Shown here: positions 45,001 through 57,100 of the stretch, in pieces | Numbering within the stretch: the first letter of the stretch is position 1 | How the letters are laid out: the number at the start of each line of letters is the position of its first letter | Assembly: GCA_036172245.1 (NCBI GenBank) | Contig: JAYWIR010000009.1 | Location: forward strand, 744,001-808,000 | DNA from: Raillietiella orientalis | Lineage: Eukaryota | DNA length: 64,000 nucleotides | Direction of reading: 5' to 3' | The notes under the pieces: generated by a model | The model's database searches: none | Told to the model about the DNA's origin: nothing | Seen by the model: only the letters and a program-made list of their open reading frames with translations | Program-made: the position numbers and the translations under genes

Positions 45001-48000
45001 ACGCGACCTCGGGAAGGAGTCCGGGATGCGTGCACCCAGGGAAGCGCATGCCTCGAAGCAGGGGAAACCGTCCGGGAAGGGGGGAGGGGGGAGCGATCTT
45101 CCAAGTTCGCGAATTCCGCTGCCTCAGTCCTGTTGCTGAGCCTCTGCACGGACTGGGTACGGCGAGATCGGAAATATCCAAGGGAATCGCGTGAACGTTT
45201 CTGACCCATCCCAATCCTCATCCTGGTCGACCTGCTAGGAAGCGTCTCCCGTGATCTGAGAGCAGTCTCCTCCTCCTCTTCCCTTTTTCTTCCTCCATTT
45301 CCTCTCTTCTACCTCCATTCCTTCTCCTCTTTCTCTCCCTGATTGTCCTTGCTTGTCTGCCAACAGCGCCGCAAGCGGATGCCGCGCACACCCTCCGGGC
45401 GGACAGGCATTTCCCGGAGGCGGGCGCCTGGCACGCGGAGTCACGTTTCCACGCAAGTGTCCCTTCCCGTGCACGTCTCGTGCACGGCTGTCCCACGTGG
45501 AGACGCCGGGTTTGACTTGCCCGGGCCCGACTCTGCAGCTCCGGCTTTCGCAGAGAAATGCCCTGGGGCTGACTCGAGTTCGGGGCAAATGCCTTCAGAG
45601 GGGCCTGTTGCATGTTCGGGCAGGTGATCGGTCTGCCTCTCTCCTTGCAGCCCCAGTGAGTTGTGGGGATGGAGGTGCCCCTTGTGGCAGGAGGGTCTCG
45701 CGACGGTCCACCGACCGCACCACATGGCTGTAGGCGACTCAGACGGAGGTCAGCACTACCATCTCGGGGTGTGTGGTGAGAACGGTGGATACGCGAGTGT
45801 CATAGCCGCGCCACTGCTCCCTCCCCCTACTTGGAGGAAGCGGTGGTTGCCGGTCACGAGAGCACCTGGACGCTCGGCCCAGTCTACTGGACCAAACACC
45901 CCCGCGACCACCATCGAGGAAGGGGATCTACACTCTCTCCCCTCCGAGGTCATTTCCCCTTGGCGGAAACGCTTTCCCTCTTCTGAGCTGCTTCATTTCG
46001 TAGCTCACCCTCCTTCAGGGACCACCTGAGCCACCCCAAGTCCGCCAAGACGTCAGACGGCGCTCCTCGACCCCCATGGGCAGAACGCAACGCGGCACGG
46101 CAACCGCATTGGGGAGGAGACGTGCAGGCGCAGGTCCGTCCAGGTGCGAGGCTCCTCCCGGACCCCTGAAGGACCTTCCCCGACACTTCGAGGGACCCCG
46201 CCCCCTGAGCGGCGGTAGCTGTGTCCCTCGTCAGGGGCGCCCGCGGGAGCCGGATGGGTGTGTGCCACCTTTGCCAGGGAGCGCTGCCTCTGGACGCAAG
46301 GATGCTCCTCTTCCTCCTCCTCCTCTTTTCCTGGCGACGAAAGGCGCACGCTCTTCGCGGGCGGGTCCGACAGACACCGACCGGATCGTCGAGCAACCGG
46401 TTGCTTAGCAGCAGCGTCAGCAGCTGATGCAGATGCTCCGGCTCTCCTTCCCGCGTTCCGCTGCGCGGCCACCGCAGCTGCAGCGCGGTCAGCACACTCC
46501 CTCTCCGCCTCCCTCAGCTCCCTCTCGGCCCACTTTCCCTCCCCTCCCCATGCCACCTGACGGTCCAGGAAGACGCCACCCCCGCGACGCGGAGGCGACC
46601 GGCGCATCTCTGCGAGGCCGCAGCCCTGCAGGAGGACGGCGTCCTAGGTGCAGCTTGAGGTGCTGGGAAGGAGGGGGGCAGGCGGGGTCTTCCCGGGGCT
46701 GGGAGTGCCGCGGAGGCGCGGGAAGAGCGGGAGGGAGGAGGGGGAGGGGCGGAGCTTCCAGAGGGCGTTCCAGTCGCGGAGATGCGCGCGTCCGCCTCCG
46801 CCGCCTCTGGCGCGAGAGCCCCGAGAGGGCGCGCGTGGGGTCTTCTCCTCCATCGGCGCATCCGACTACCCCCCCTTCTCGAGGGAGAGAGGCAGAGCCC
46901 TGCTGGCGCTCCGTGGGCCCAGCGTTTCCTCCTCGACCCCCGCCTGCTCGCGGGCCCGCCGAGGCCGGAAGTGTGGGGAGGGCCGGGGCTGCCGCTGCTG
47001 CTGTCTCTCCGCCTCGCTCGGCCGAGCCACCCGCCCGCACTTTCCTCCCGCCCGGAACGCGCGCGACCTCCCCGCAGCTGCCGCCAATTGCGAGCGGCTT
47101 TTTATTGCGCACCCGCCTCGCCCGCGGGAGGGCGGACGCCCCTCCCCGCTGTTTGCTTTGCGGGAGCGCAGCGCGTCTGCTGGCGGCGGTTCCTCACCCT
47201 CCTCTCCGGTCCCTCGTGGAGGCCCGACCAGACCCCCGCGCGGGGCAGGAAGGGAGGGAGGCAGCCTCTCTCCCGGAGGAGCAGCGCTCCCATCCGAGAG
47301 TTTATTCTCCCCGCTCTTCCTGTTTCTTCCTTTTGCCCTTTCAGGGGAGGGGATCCCGCCTGGGGGAGTCTCCCTCCCCCCGGGGAGGACACCCGTCTCT
47401 CCCGAAGAACGTCTTCTGACCCGCAGTCCGTGCCGAGGTCTCTGCCCACCCCTCCCTCTGCCGCACTCCCGGAATAGCGAGGGCAGGCGCCGCCGGTTTT
47501 GCCGTGGTTCCTGGCCCGAGGGAAAGGGACAGAGGGAGTGCCGTAGCGGACGAAACAGCGACGAGCGCCGCAGGCCGGCAGCGGATGACTGCGGAACTAT
47601 CGCGGAGCGCCTGCGCCCTCCTGGAGGCCACCCCCCAGAGGTAGCCGCGCCTCAGGGTCGCCAGCAACAGCAGCAGCAGCAGCTCGGGAAATGTCGAGTC
47701 TTCCTGCTTCGGGAGTGGCTTCCGGCCCCGACGGACCCGCAGCTGAGATGGGGCTCCCTCGAACGCCCGGTCCTCTGCACGCTCCACCTCTCTCCCCCCT
47801 CCTCCCTCCCACTCTTCCCGCATTCCGCGACGTCCCGACCCCAGGCGTTACCCAGTCTCCCTGACAGCCCGGCTGTCCGATGAAAGTGGGAAGGGGGGCA
47901 GCGGCGCTCTGACTCTTCCGGCCGGCGTTTTCCCCCGTCCAGCTGCTCTCTGAGATCTTCGGACCTTCTCATATTTTCCGTGAGGTCTTCCGCTGCTGTT

Positions 48001-51000
48001 CCCCTTCCCCCTCCTTTCTCTTCTCCCGGGCCGGACGACATACGTTCCCTCTAGGACCAACGCGCGAAGAAACCCGAGCTGGCCGAGCCTTTGTTGGGCT
48101 GCTGCAGCAGCGGGAACCTCGCGATCCTGTCGAGCAACAGCAGCAGCAGCAGGGAGAGAGAGAGAGAGACGGGAGACGACGACGACACGTGTAAGGAGAT
48201 TCCTCCCGGGATAAAATTCGGATGCTCTCCCGCGTTCCAGGAATCCACCCTACCCGTAAAAACCCATGATGTCGCACTTTTTCACGGTCTTAAGCTGTCT
48301 CGAGACGATCGTCTTCGACGATTTTTCAGGATAACCGGGGGGATTAGCGGAGCAGGAAATTCCCCCTCCTCTTGGCGGCGGCGGCCGCTCGCCATTGGCT
48401 AAGCGCGCGCCGCGCGTCGCCCCCGTCCGAGACGCCCGCTGTCCCACGCTGTTCCCAGCGCGCGCGCTGGAAAACCTTCTGCTTCCTCGTCCTGCTGTTT
48501 GCGCACTCCCGAAAAGCACCGACACTCGTGGGGAAGGAAATTCACCGACCACATGAGGCGATCTCGAGCGTCGGAACAAATCCTCTCCATCTGAAAACAG
48601 CAACGGGGAAGGAGAGGGGGAGGGGCACTCTGGATGCTCGTGTGATCGTTCCTCGTGTGCACGGACGGAGAGGCAGCTCCTTCCGCTTCTTTCACTTCTC
48701 CCATATGTGTGTTTTATGAAACCCTAAAAATCATCACCCCCTTGCACTCAAAGCCACACGAGGGAAGTCGTAAGTGATCGCTGGGAGTGAAATCACTGTC
48801 GGCTTTCCTAAGCAGCGACGCTTCCATGGAGTTCCAGATTCGATGTACTCCAGTTTGCGTTTATTAATCCCTGCTGTGTACGTATATATATATACACACA
48901 CACATCTCCGCTTGAGCAGAGTCGGAATTTGCGTTCATGTGAAAAAGTGTACCAAGCATTCATTCGGCACACAGTTTTTCATTTTCGTTCACTGATTGAT
49001 AGGGTTAGAATGTTCGTATAAAAAAGGCTTCATGTAAAAAAGGCAACGTGGAATCCACTGCGGGAAAAAAGCAGGAAAAATCAATAGATATGAGTGTACG
49101 GGACGCAAATATACATGCGATACTTGTAAAATATACATTAACGAGAGCTTTAATGAAATCTACGCTTGGCAACAATGACTGGAAACGTCTCAAAAACAGG
49201 ATTGCCGATTACCGAATCACGAAACGCGACACATCCCATCTGTTCACAAAATAAACTCAACACGGAAAGTTCAAATCGAAACCGTTGCTAATTGGAATTT
49301 AAAAGGAAAGAAAACACATAGTGTCGGAGAGAATGGCGACGCCATGTCACGTTCGCCTGTCGTTCGCTCGTATCCCAGTGACACATCGGAAAACAATCCG
49401 CATGTTATTGCGGTAATAGTGTTTGCAATTTTGTATCGAGTTTCTCTTCATCAGATTACGAGATTTTCTGCCACTGGAGACTGCCAGGCCGGAATCTTCA
49501 CCTTGTTCTGCACGTCAAGCAGACACCGTCAAATTTCTGGGGGCGAAAGCTCTCCGTGGAGCCAGCGCCAAGGCAAGGACGGCTGCGACGAGATCCTGCC
49601 TGCCTCCGCGTTCTGGCGCTCGCTGCGACTTACCGCAACGCACTTCTTCTCGAGTTTTCTTCTTCTCGAGTGTTCCTCCAATGCCGTGCTTGCGCTGCGC
49701 ACGTCTGATTTCCGTTTCCCAGATGAAATACCCACGGTAATAACCGGACATGATCGGCCCTCGGCCAAAGTCGCGCCGACAAAGTCGGCGAGGCCGTCGA
49801 TTCTGCAGGGAAGGAGCTCTGATCTTTGGGAACAGTGGACCATGTCCTTTGCGCAGCACAGCGCTGCTGCCGCGTGCTGCTCTGGTCGCCGGGGTGTCTG
49901 CAGCGCGAGCCCCGTGTCTGGCGCGCCAAGATGGAGCGCCACGCGATCCGGGCTGCGTGCATGAACTCTCCTTCTCGAAAACGAGTGAAAATCTCAACAG
50001 GGCTCTATGAGTTTGGAATCGCAAGTTTTAGAAAGCCTCATTTATCTTTCTTTCTTGCTTTCTATCTGTCTGCCTCCCTCTCTCTCTCTCTCTGACTCCC
50101 TCTCTCTTTTTTTTTCTTTCTTCCTTTTTTTTTTTTTCTTTCCTTCTCCTTCCCCACGTTACCACATACGTTGAATCGCAGTTTTTGCCGTGGCGTGCGG
50201 CCAAAAAAAATCTCCGGAGATTTTTATTGCATTTGTTTGTGAGAAGAAGGCGCGCAAGGTGTACCTCGGAAAACTTGCACATTCACCAAGTATGTGCGAA
50301 AGTTACGCGGTTAATCACTGTTATTATTATTTGGCTTGCATTCGATTGTGCAGGGGAAATCGAATTGCCGTTCCTGTTCATTGAAAACTTATTTTGAAAA
50401 CTTTTGCTTTGCCGTGGACGAGGGAGCTTGTTCCTCGACTTCCTAAGTGTTCAGAATTTCAAGTCGACAGCGGCGATATTAAAAGCGTCAGAAACGCGAT
50501 TGTAAAACATGCTTTTCGGGTAGCGGGTGAAAAGAAGCATGCACCGTTCAAACTGACTCAAGGAAAACGCGTACTTGGCGAAAAAATCATTAATAAATAT
50601 GATGAAAGGCTGCTTCGGGTTCGAGGAGGAATTTTCGCTTTCGGAATTTGCAATTTCGAATTGCGACCGTGGAGATCATTGCATGATCGGTGTGTGTGCG
50701 CGTGTGTACGTGTGCGTGTACGTGTGTACGTGTTTTCTTTTTTCTCTTTTTTTCTTGCAGCTGGCATCCCTGCCGTTCCCGCCGCCGTCGTGGCGCAACA
50801 ATGGAGGAGGCGTCGGCAGTCTAAGGGACCATCACGAGGTGGCGTGAATGGCGGCGACGCGCGATTTGGGATGCGCGGCACGCCGGCAACACACCAAGAG
50901 CTCACGGCAATTACGGCGCGAGTCACGTTGCGTTTCTAATTCGACTGCCTTCACGAATTCATGGAACACACTTTGAGCCAAATGGATTGGCAGCTGATGC

Positions 51001-51251
51001 TCGACGCCCTCTCGAGGACTTCCACAGGCGGGAAAGGAGGACACACATACACATAAACACGGAGAGAGAGACACGCAAGCGAAAATCACGGTTGTACCGA
51101 AGGCAGTAATTAATTAATCTCGGGTTTGAAGCAGACGATTTTTCTTTCTTTCTTTTTTACCTTTTTTCTTTTCTTTTTTTCTGCGTGTGAGAGTGTCTGC
51201 ATGTTCTCGCGTTCATGCAGCACGTTTGCGAGATGAAAGTGTGTTGCAGCT

Positions 51252-51261
51252 TGATTGACAG
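51252..51261 (+). promoter_or_regulatory. Canonical Pbx-Meis/Prep (Exd-Hth) decamer TGATTGACAG
   Basis: Exact motif in a unique, AT-richer island; motif match only. Confidence 0.3.
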
Positions 51262-52599
51262 GGAAGACAGAGAGGTATTCCGTAAACGCAAGCGCGATTT
51301 ATTATGGCTGCAGCCTAAGAGCTAAGAGGGGTTTGGAGGAAGCTCTGGATTCCTGCAGGATCAGTTAGTTGATTTCGCCGAATTCCGACGGTGCATCCGT
51401 CCGGATTGCCCCCCACCCCCACTCCCTTTCATCCACGAACCAGCGGAGGACTTGACTGAGCACTTCCGACGGTGCAAGAAGCAGAGAAAGGGGGAAGAAG
51501 AGCTGAAGAAAGCGAAAGGACTGGCCGGAGGCTACCGGAGGCCGCCAGCAAACCACATGGCACGAGCTCCCGGTGGAAGAGCCGTTCACGTGCTCTCCGC
51601 GCTCCTCCTCAGGATCCTTGGAAGGGTTTTCAAGTCCCCCTCTTCCCGACGAGAGTCGCGAACGGGTGCATGGAAGTAGCACGGGAGCGCAGAGGATTCC
51701 TCCAGATGGGAGACAAAGGCATCCTCCTAGGCAACGAGAGGGCCGGGCAGGCGAGCATCCCCTACCCCGAGCGGGTCGACCTCTCTCGTGAGGAGCAGGA
51801 GCCCCTGCTCCCTCTTCCTCCGATCCTCTATTCCTCGCATCCCGCTCCTCCTGGTCCTTCCCTTCTTCCACACGAGAAGCCGAGGCCCAGAGGCGGTCAG
51901 GAAGGAGGGGGAAAGAAGGGTTTTGCGTGGGATGGCATAGGGGGAATGAAAGAGAAGTCCCTTCCGTAAGGACAGGAGGACGCGGAGGGGAGAGGAAGCC
52001 GTCGGACCGGGGTTGCGAGGAGGACCCCGGGAGCGCCTGGAAGGCGTCCGTCTGCGCACCCGGCGGCGGTCGTCGACCTTGGCGACAGGCGACCTGCATC
52101 TCGCGCAGAGCAGGAGGCACGACCCTGAGAGGAGCTTCCGGGAGGTGCCATACCGCCCCCTTCGGGAAGGCAGGAAGGGGAAGAGACTTGCAGAACTGGA
52201 GGCGGACCGGAAACCCACGGGGAGCGCCAGAGATCCCACGGGAGGTGAACGAGGCGGGTGGGTGGGACGGAGGATCCATCGGACCAGCGGGTGCCTTAGG
52301 CACCTCCGAAGAGCGGCAGAGGAAGAAAGGCGAGAAGTTCCGGAGGGGGATTTCGTGCCCCGGAAATGCGGTAGAGAGAGTCCTTGCTCAGAAGACGCAC
52401 CACGCACCGCCCCCTCTCCTGACCCCTACTGCGTGAGCATCCCCCGGCCAGGCGGGAGCCGCGGGAAGGGAAGGAACGGGGGAGGATCCGAAGGCGCATT
52501 TTCCAGCCGGCTGTTTCTGTTCCCCGGGCCCGCGCGCAAGCGCAACACGCCGTTCCCCTCCCCCTCCAACTGCACCGCTGGGAGAGGCAGCGGATCGTT

Positions 52600-52620
52600 C
52601 GCGCGCGCGCGCGCGCGCGC
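52600..52620. repeat. (CG)10 tract
   Basis: Read directly. Similar tracts occur at 33745-33762 and 55797-55814. Confidence 0.9.
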
Positions 52621-53380
52621 CCGGCCCCCGAGTCACGTCGCGTCGACGGCGCCTCGCCTCCTCCGTCCTCCCTGTCGGCTCCGGATGAAGACGTGTGTGC
52701 TTTTCGACGCCATTTTTGAAAGATGGGCCAGACGGCGCTTGGGAGGAGAAAGGGGAAAGGAAGATGAAATGGGGGGGGGGGGGAGGAAGCATGCAAGCTG
52801 GGCAAGGCGCTGCCGTCCTCCTCCACGAGCTCCCCGACGTGCTGAAGATTTACGCAGGCGGCGTTCCTTTCCCGTTCCGCATCGGCCACGTTGCCAAGCA
52901 CCGAGCCCTCTGCAGGAAGGACGCTGAGCACGGCGACGGCGACGCTGGCTACAAGGAGGGAGAGAGGGAGGGAAGAAAGGAGGACGAGGAGGGAGAAGAA
53001 GGGAAGGAAGAAGTTGCCTTTGCCTTTCTTCAGTCTTCACCGGTCAGCGGGAGTGGGAGGCACAGGGAAGACCGGAAAATGCCTTTTCTTCCTTCTCTCT
53101 TCTTTCCTTTCCCCTCCCCGTTTCGACCGTCATCCCGACTTTGCCCCTTCAGCCCTCATTGCCTCCGCGACGCGTGCCTTCGTGCCAGTTCGACTTGGTT
53201 CCCTGGCAAGGAGCGACACAAGCACCGTTCTCCCATGGCCTCCCTTCTGGTTCCAGGACCCCTGGAGGTGGTGCTGAATCCTCACGAGGAGTCTCCTTCC
53301 CCGGGACCACTCGCCAAGAGTGCCTCTCCCTAGGGTCTGGAGTGATCCCTCTGAAATGGGCGATGAAAGGACCACCAGTT

Positions 53381-54104
53381 GCACGCCACCCGAGAGAGGG
53401 TAATTCTTCAAGATAGGGTGTACCCCGGTAGGGATCCTCCCTATGGATCCAGGAAGGACTCGGAGTCCGTTCCTCTCACGCCTGGGGAGGGATCCTTGGA
53501 AATGGAGATCACCTCCACCCTGGTTGTCTCCGAAGGGGAATCCAGAAGGGAATTTACTTCCTTATTCTCTCCGGAGGACCCCATGGGGGGTCCGTTCTTT
53601 CTTCTCTGAAGGGAACCCGGAAAGGATCCGATCCGGGAATTTCTTCTCCGGAAGGATCCCCCGAAAGGGATTCGCTCCTGTTTTCACTCCTCTGAAGAGA
53701 ACCCAGAAGGGATCCTTCCGAAATTCAGAAGGGTTCTGCTTTCCCCGAAGGGATCGGCTCGCTTCTCTGCACTCCCTGGAGAGGTGGTGGCGACACACCT
53801 ACTCCATCAGTACGACGCGGAGGGGTCCCCCTGGTGTGGGGGGTCTCCGTTGCACGACCGGAGGCGGAACTCCTCACTCCTTGATTCCTGGGAGGACCCG
53901 GAGGTCGACTCCCATTTGTCCCGGCCCTCATCGGGGACATCCGGTTTCAACCGCTACCAGCGCCGCACCCGAATGAACAGAGAGGCCGACCAGCGTCTTC
54001 TTGTGGGGTGAACTCGGAGCCCACAGACGCACTGCGTCGATTCCTTCGGAGTATTCGAACCCACGACGCGCGGAGACCACCGTAACCACACGGCCTCCAA
54101 CGAG
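53381..54104 (-). mobile_element. tRNA-derived SINE-like repeat, copy 4 (with head)
   Basis: Minus-strand head GGAGGCCGTGTGGTTACGG...CGTGGGTTCGAATAC has box B at 54053-54061. The body shares CCGTTGCACGAC, GTCGACTCCCATT and CCGAAA.TCAGAAGGG specifically with copy 2. Confidence 0.85.
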
Positions 54105-57100
54105 GGCAGGACCACCCGGTGAGTCCCACCGGCGCCGTGCTCTTCCAGAGCACTTTGCCTATCTCCATAAAGTTGCCCCTCCCCTTTTCTTTTTTTTTCT
54201 TCTGAAGGGTGGATGAGGTGAAGCTGTTTCCTCGATTCCTCAGTCGCTCAGTGCCCGTCATCGTCCTCGAGGTGTTCGCTTCCTTCTGGCACTCTGCATT
54301 CCAGACGCAACAACCCCACTCTTCCTGGCTTCTTCGGAAGAGCAGAACAACGTCCTCCTGCTTGTTTTGGAAGATGCACTTTCGAGATACTCGCTGGATC
54401 CCGGGGGCGCGTGAGAACACCCTTCTTCACAGGGGGCGTCTGTTGTTTCCTCAAAGGCAATTCGGCTGGTCGGAGGAGGAAGAGTAGGGGGGGGGGGAGT
54501 CGACCAACTAAGCCAGGGAAGGAGGGAGCTTTGGCTCACCCTCGTCCGCAAGTCTCGGGGTCCTCCAAGAAGGGACCTGGTCGGAGGGAGGGGAAGGCGA
54601 GAGTAATGCATTTCTCGAGGAGGGCGCGGGGGAAACCCGCCAAAGCAGGAAGCGCCTCCAGGCGGGTAGGAGCCTCGGATTCACGCGTTCGCTTCTCCTT
54701 CCTTTCCTGGATCCCTGCTCCCAGGGGATGGCTAGAGCGAAAGCACCGAGGAGCTGCTGCTGCGGCGGAGGCATGCACGGATGGCGTCATCAGCTCGCGA
54801 AAGAGGGCATTGGGATGGACCCAGGATCGGAGCAGCAACTCTGGTGATTACATACTTGACAAAAAGCACCGAAAACTCAATTAGATGCAGAAACCATCAG
54901 CACAGCCTCCGTCTCCGTCGAGGGTGACAGCCACCATTAAAGACTAAGTGCTTTATCGCCGGAAAATTCATCACTCTCGAAAAACGACGTTGTGGTTGTC
55001 CTCGGAGGTCATCGCACCACATTCTCTCAGACGAATGTCTTTGGCAAAAACTGATGCTCTTCGCAGTGAAACGACAGCCACCAACGCCTCTTCCATCTTA
55101 ACCCATCGAAGCGGATTCTTAATCCTACGAGGGAGTAAGGTAGCTGTCTTCTTTTAATTTGATTCGTCGCATGCAAGGGTAGAGTGGCTCATGAAAGCGA
55201 ATGATTATTTCTAGATGTCCGAGTGAGATTGACACCGTCTCCCCGTGACTCCTTACATAATTTACAGTTTTCCTCTTTTTTTTTTTTTTCTTTTCCGTGT
55301 TTCTTCATTCCCTCCTCCTTTTCTTTTACCATTGGACTTAACCAACAGAGGAGGCTGGAAGGGGACCTTTAAACCCGTACGACAGCCATCGTCATTTTCA
55401 TAATTCAATACGACCGGGATAACAATGGAGCTCCGAAGGGCGCTGATGCTGGCAAAATTTTAATAATCTGGAATTAAAGCGTCATTATTCATGCGTCCAT
55501 GAATATTCATCGACTTGTAATGGCAACACTGCCTTCGAAAAGCAAGTTTTAACGAGCTCCGAGAGTCGTTTCAGACGGCCAGGGAGCTCTCTGTGGGCTC
55601 TGGCGGTCCGTCGGACGCTTATTAGCTGCTGCTGCTGCAAGAAGCTCTCCGTGAGAGCTGTCCCGAATCCACGGCCTTATTTCGCGGGATCGCATTCCTT
55701 TGTCTTACACCTGGGCGGCGGCATGTGCTCCCCCGAAATCCGACGGGAAGCGTCACGTGACCGACGGGCGAAGGAAAGGCCGCGCGGCAACAATGGGCGC
55801 GCGCGCGCGCGCGCGGAGGCGCGGGGGGGGGGGTTGTTATTTTCGTCCTCCCCCCCCCCCTCCTGCGAAAACGGCTAAAAATAGCCGCCCTGCCATTGTT
55901 GCGGTGCGAGCCGTTCAGGCGGGCACGTCGACGTGTTTCCGGGCGGCACACGTGCGCGCGCGTGGGTGTTCCGGCCGTTCGCGTGACGGCGGCGGCGGCG
56001 ATCCGAGGCGTGCTGGTCCAGGTGCCGCACGCAGGGAGAGGGGGCTCCGCGAGGATGCGGCGCGCGGTCCTTCCTGATGCCCTTCGTCCTCGCAGCTTCG
56101 CTTTCGTGGGCATCCTGCGAGGCGTTAATTGCGAGGGCACACCGACTGACGTGACGCACTTTCGCGCATCGCTCGTCGAAATGTGATGATGGCAGTGCAA
56201 GCGGAAAGCTCCTCGAGGACGAGCAATCTGCCTCTCCCCGTTTCGAGGGAGAGAGAGGGGGGGGGGGGAGGAGGATGAAAGGAAAAAAAATAAAAAATAA
56301 TGAGAGCGGGACGTGAATTTGGCCACTCGTAAAGACAATTCCCTTTTTTGTTTGGATTGCATTTCGCGAGGAATGCGAACGCTTCTCCCGCTCATGTCAT
56401 GTTTGATGGAATCATCGAATTTGTGTCACCGCACTCCCATCCGGCGCACTTACGAACCCAGAAGTAGCCGGAGGATAAACAACGCAGGCTTTTGTTTGTG
56501 GAAGCATCACGCATGCAAAGGAGGGAATCTGTCATCCTCACGAGGAGATGGAGGAGCCTCGCTTTCGCTCTCTCTCTCTCTTTCTTTCCTTCCCTTCCCT
56601 TCCCTCCCCCCCTCCCCGGTCCCCCCCTTTCCCCTCTTCTGCTGCTTTGAAACACTATGACTGACGACGATGTTTGTTTGCCGGGCCGCCTTGAATCAGC
56701 GTTCGGTGAGGAGGAGGACACGGTGGTGTTCTCTCCGGGACGAAATTCCCTGTCACCTCGAGAGCAAATGCGCACGTAATGACTCTTCAGGTTTCTGACA
56801 GACAACGGACGGTGGGGCCCCCCCCTCCCCCCCCCTATTGTTTCTTAATTCGTCGACGGCGGCTGCGCGCGGGCCGGCGGTAATGAATTGCCGAGCAGAG
56901 CTCGAAAGAGGGGCGGTCCTCAGGCTGTTGGGATCGCGTGTAAAGCTCAGTGTACGAATCCGTGAGAGGAGGGAATTCCTCTCGAAAAGGTCCGAGGATG
57001 TTTTTTTCCTTTTTCCCCAGCCGAGATCGGTCCTTATCGTCTGGAGCTGTCCGCTAAAAAGAAAAAAAAAAAAGAGAGAGAAAAGGAAAAACAGAAAGCA

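Noticed and set aside
46648..47883. 411-aa ORF and overlapping long ORFs
   Set aside because: Several frames on both strands are open because stop codons are rare here, and no domain is recognisable.
52790..52960. Protein-like segment (HELPDVLKIYAGGVPFPFRIGHVAKH on plus; LVEEDGS on minus)
   Set aside because: It is too short, lacks a complete splice-site pair, and is as likely to be an ORF1 relic or chance.
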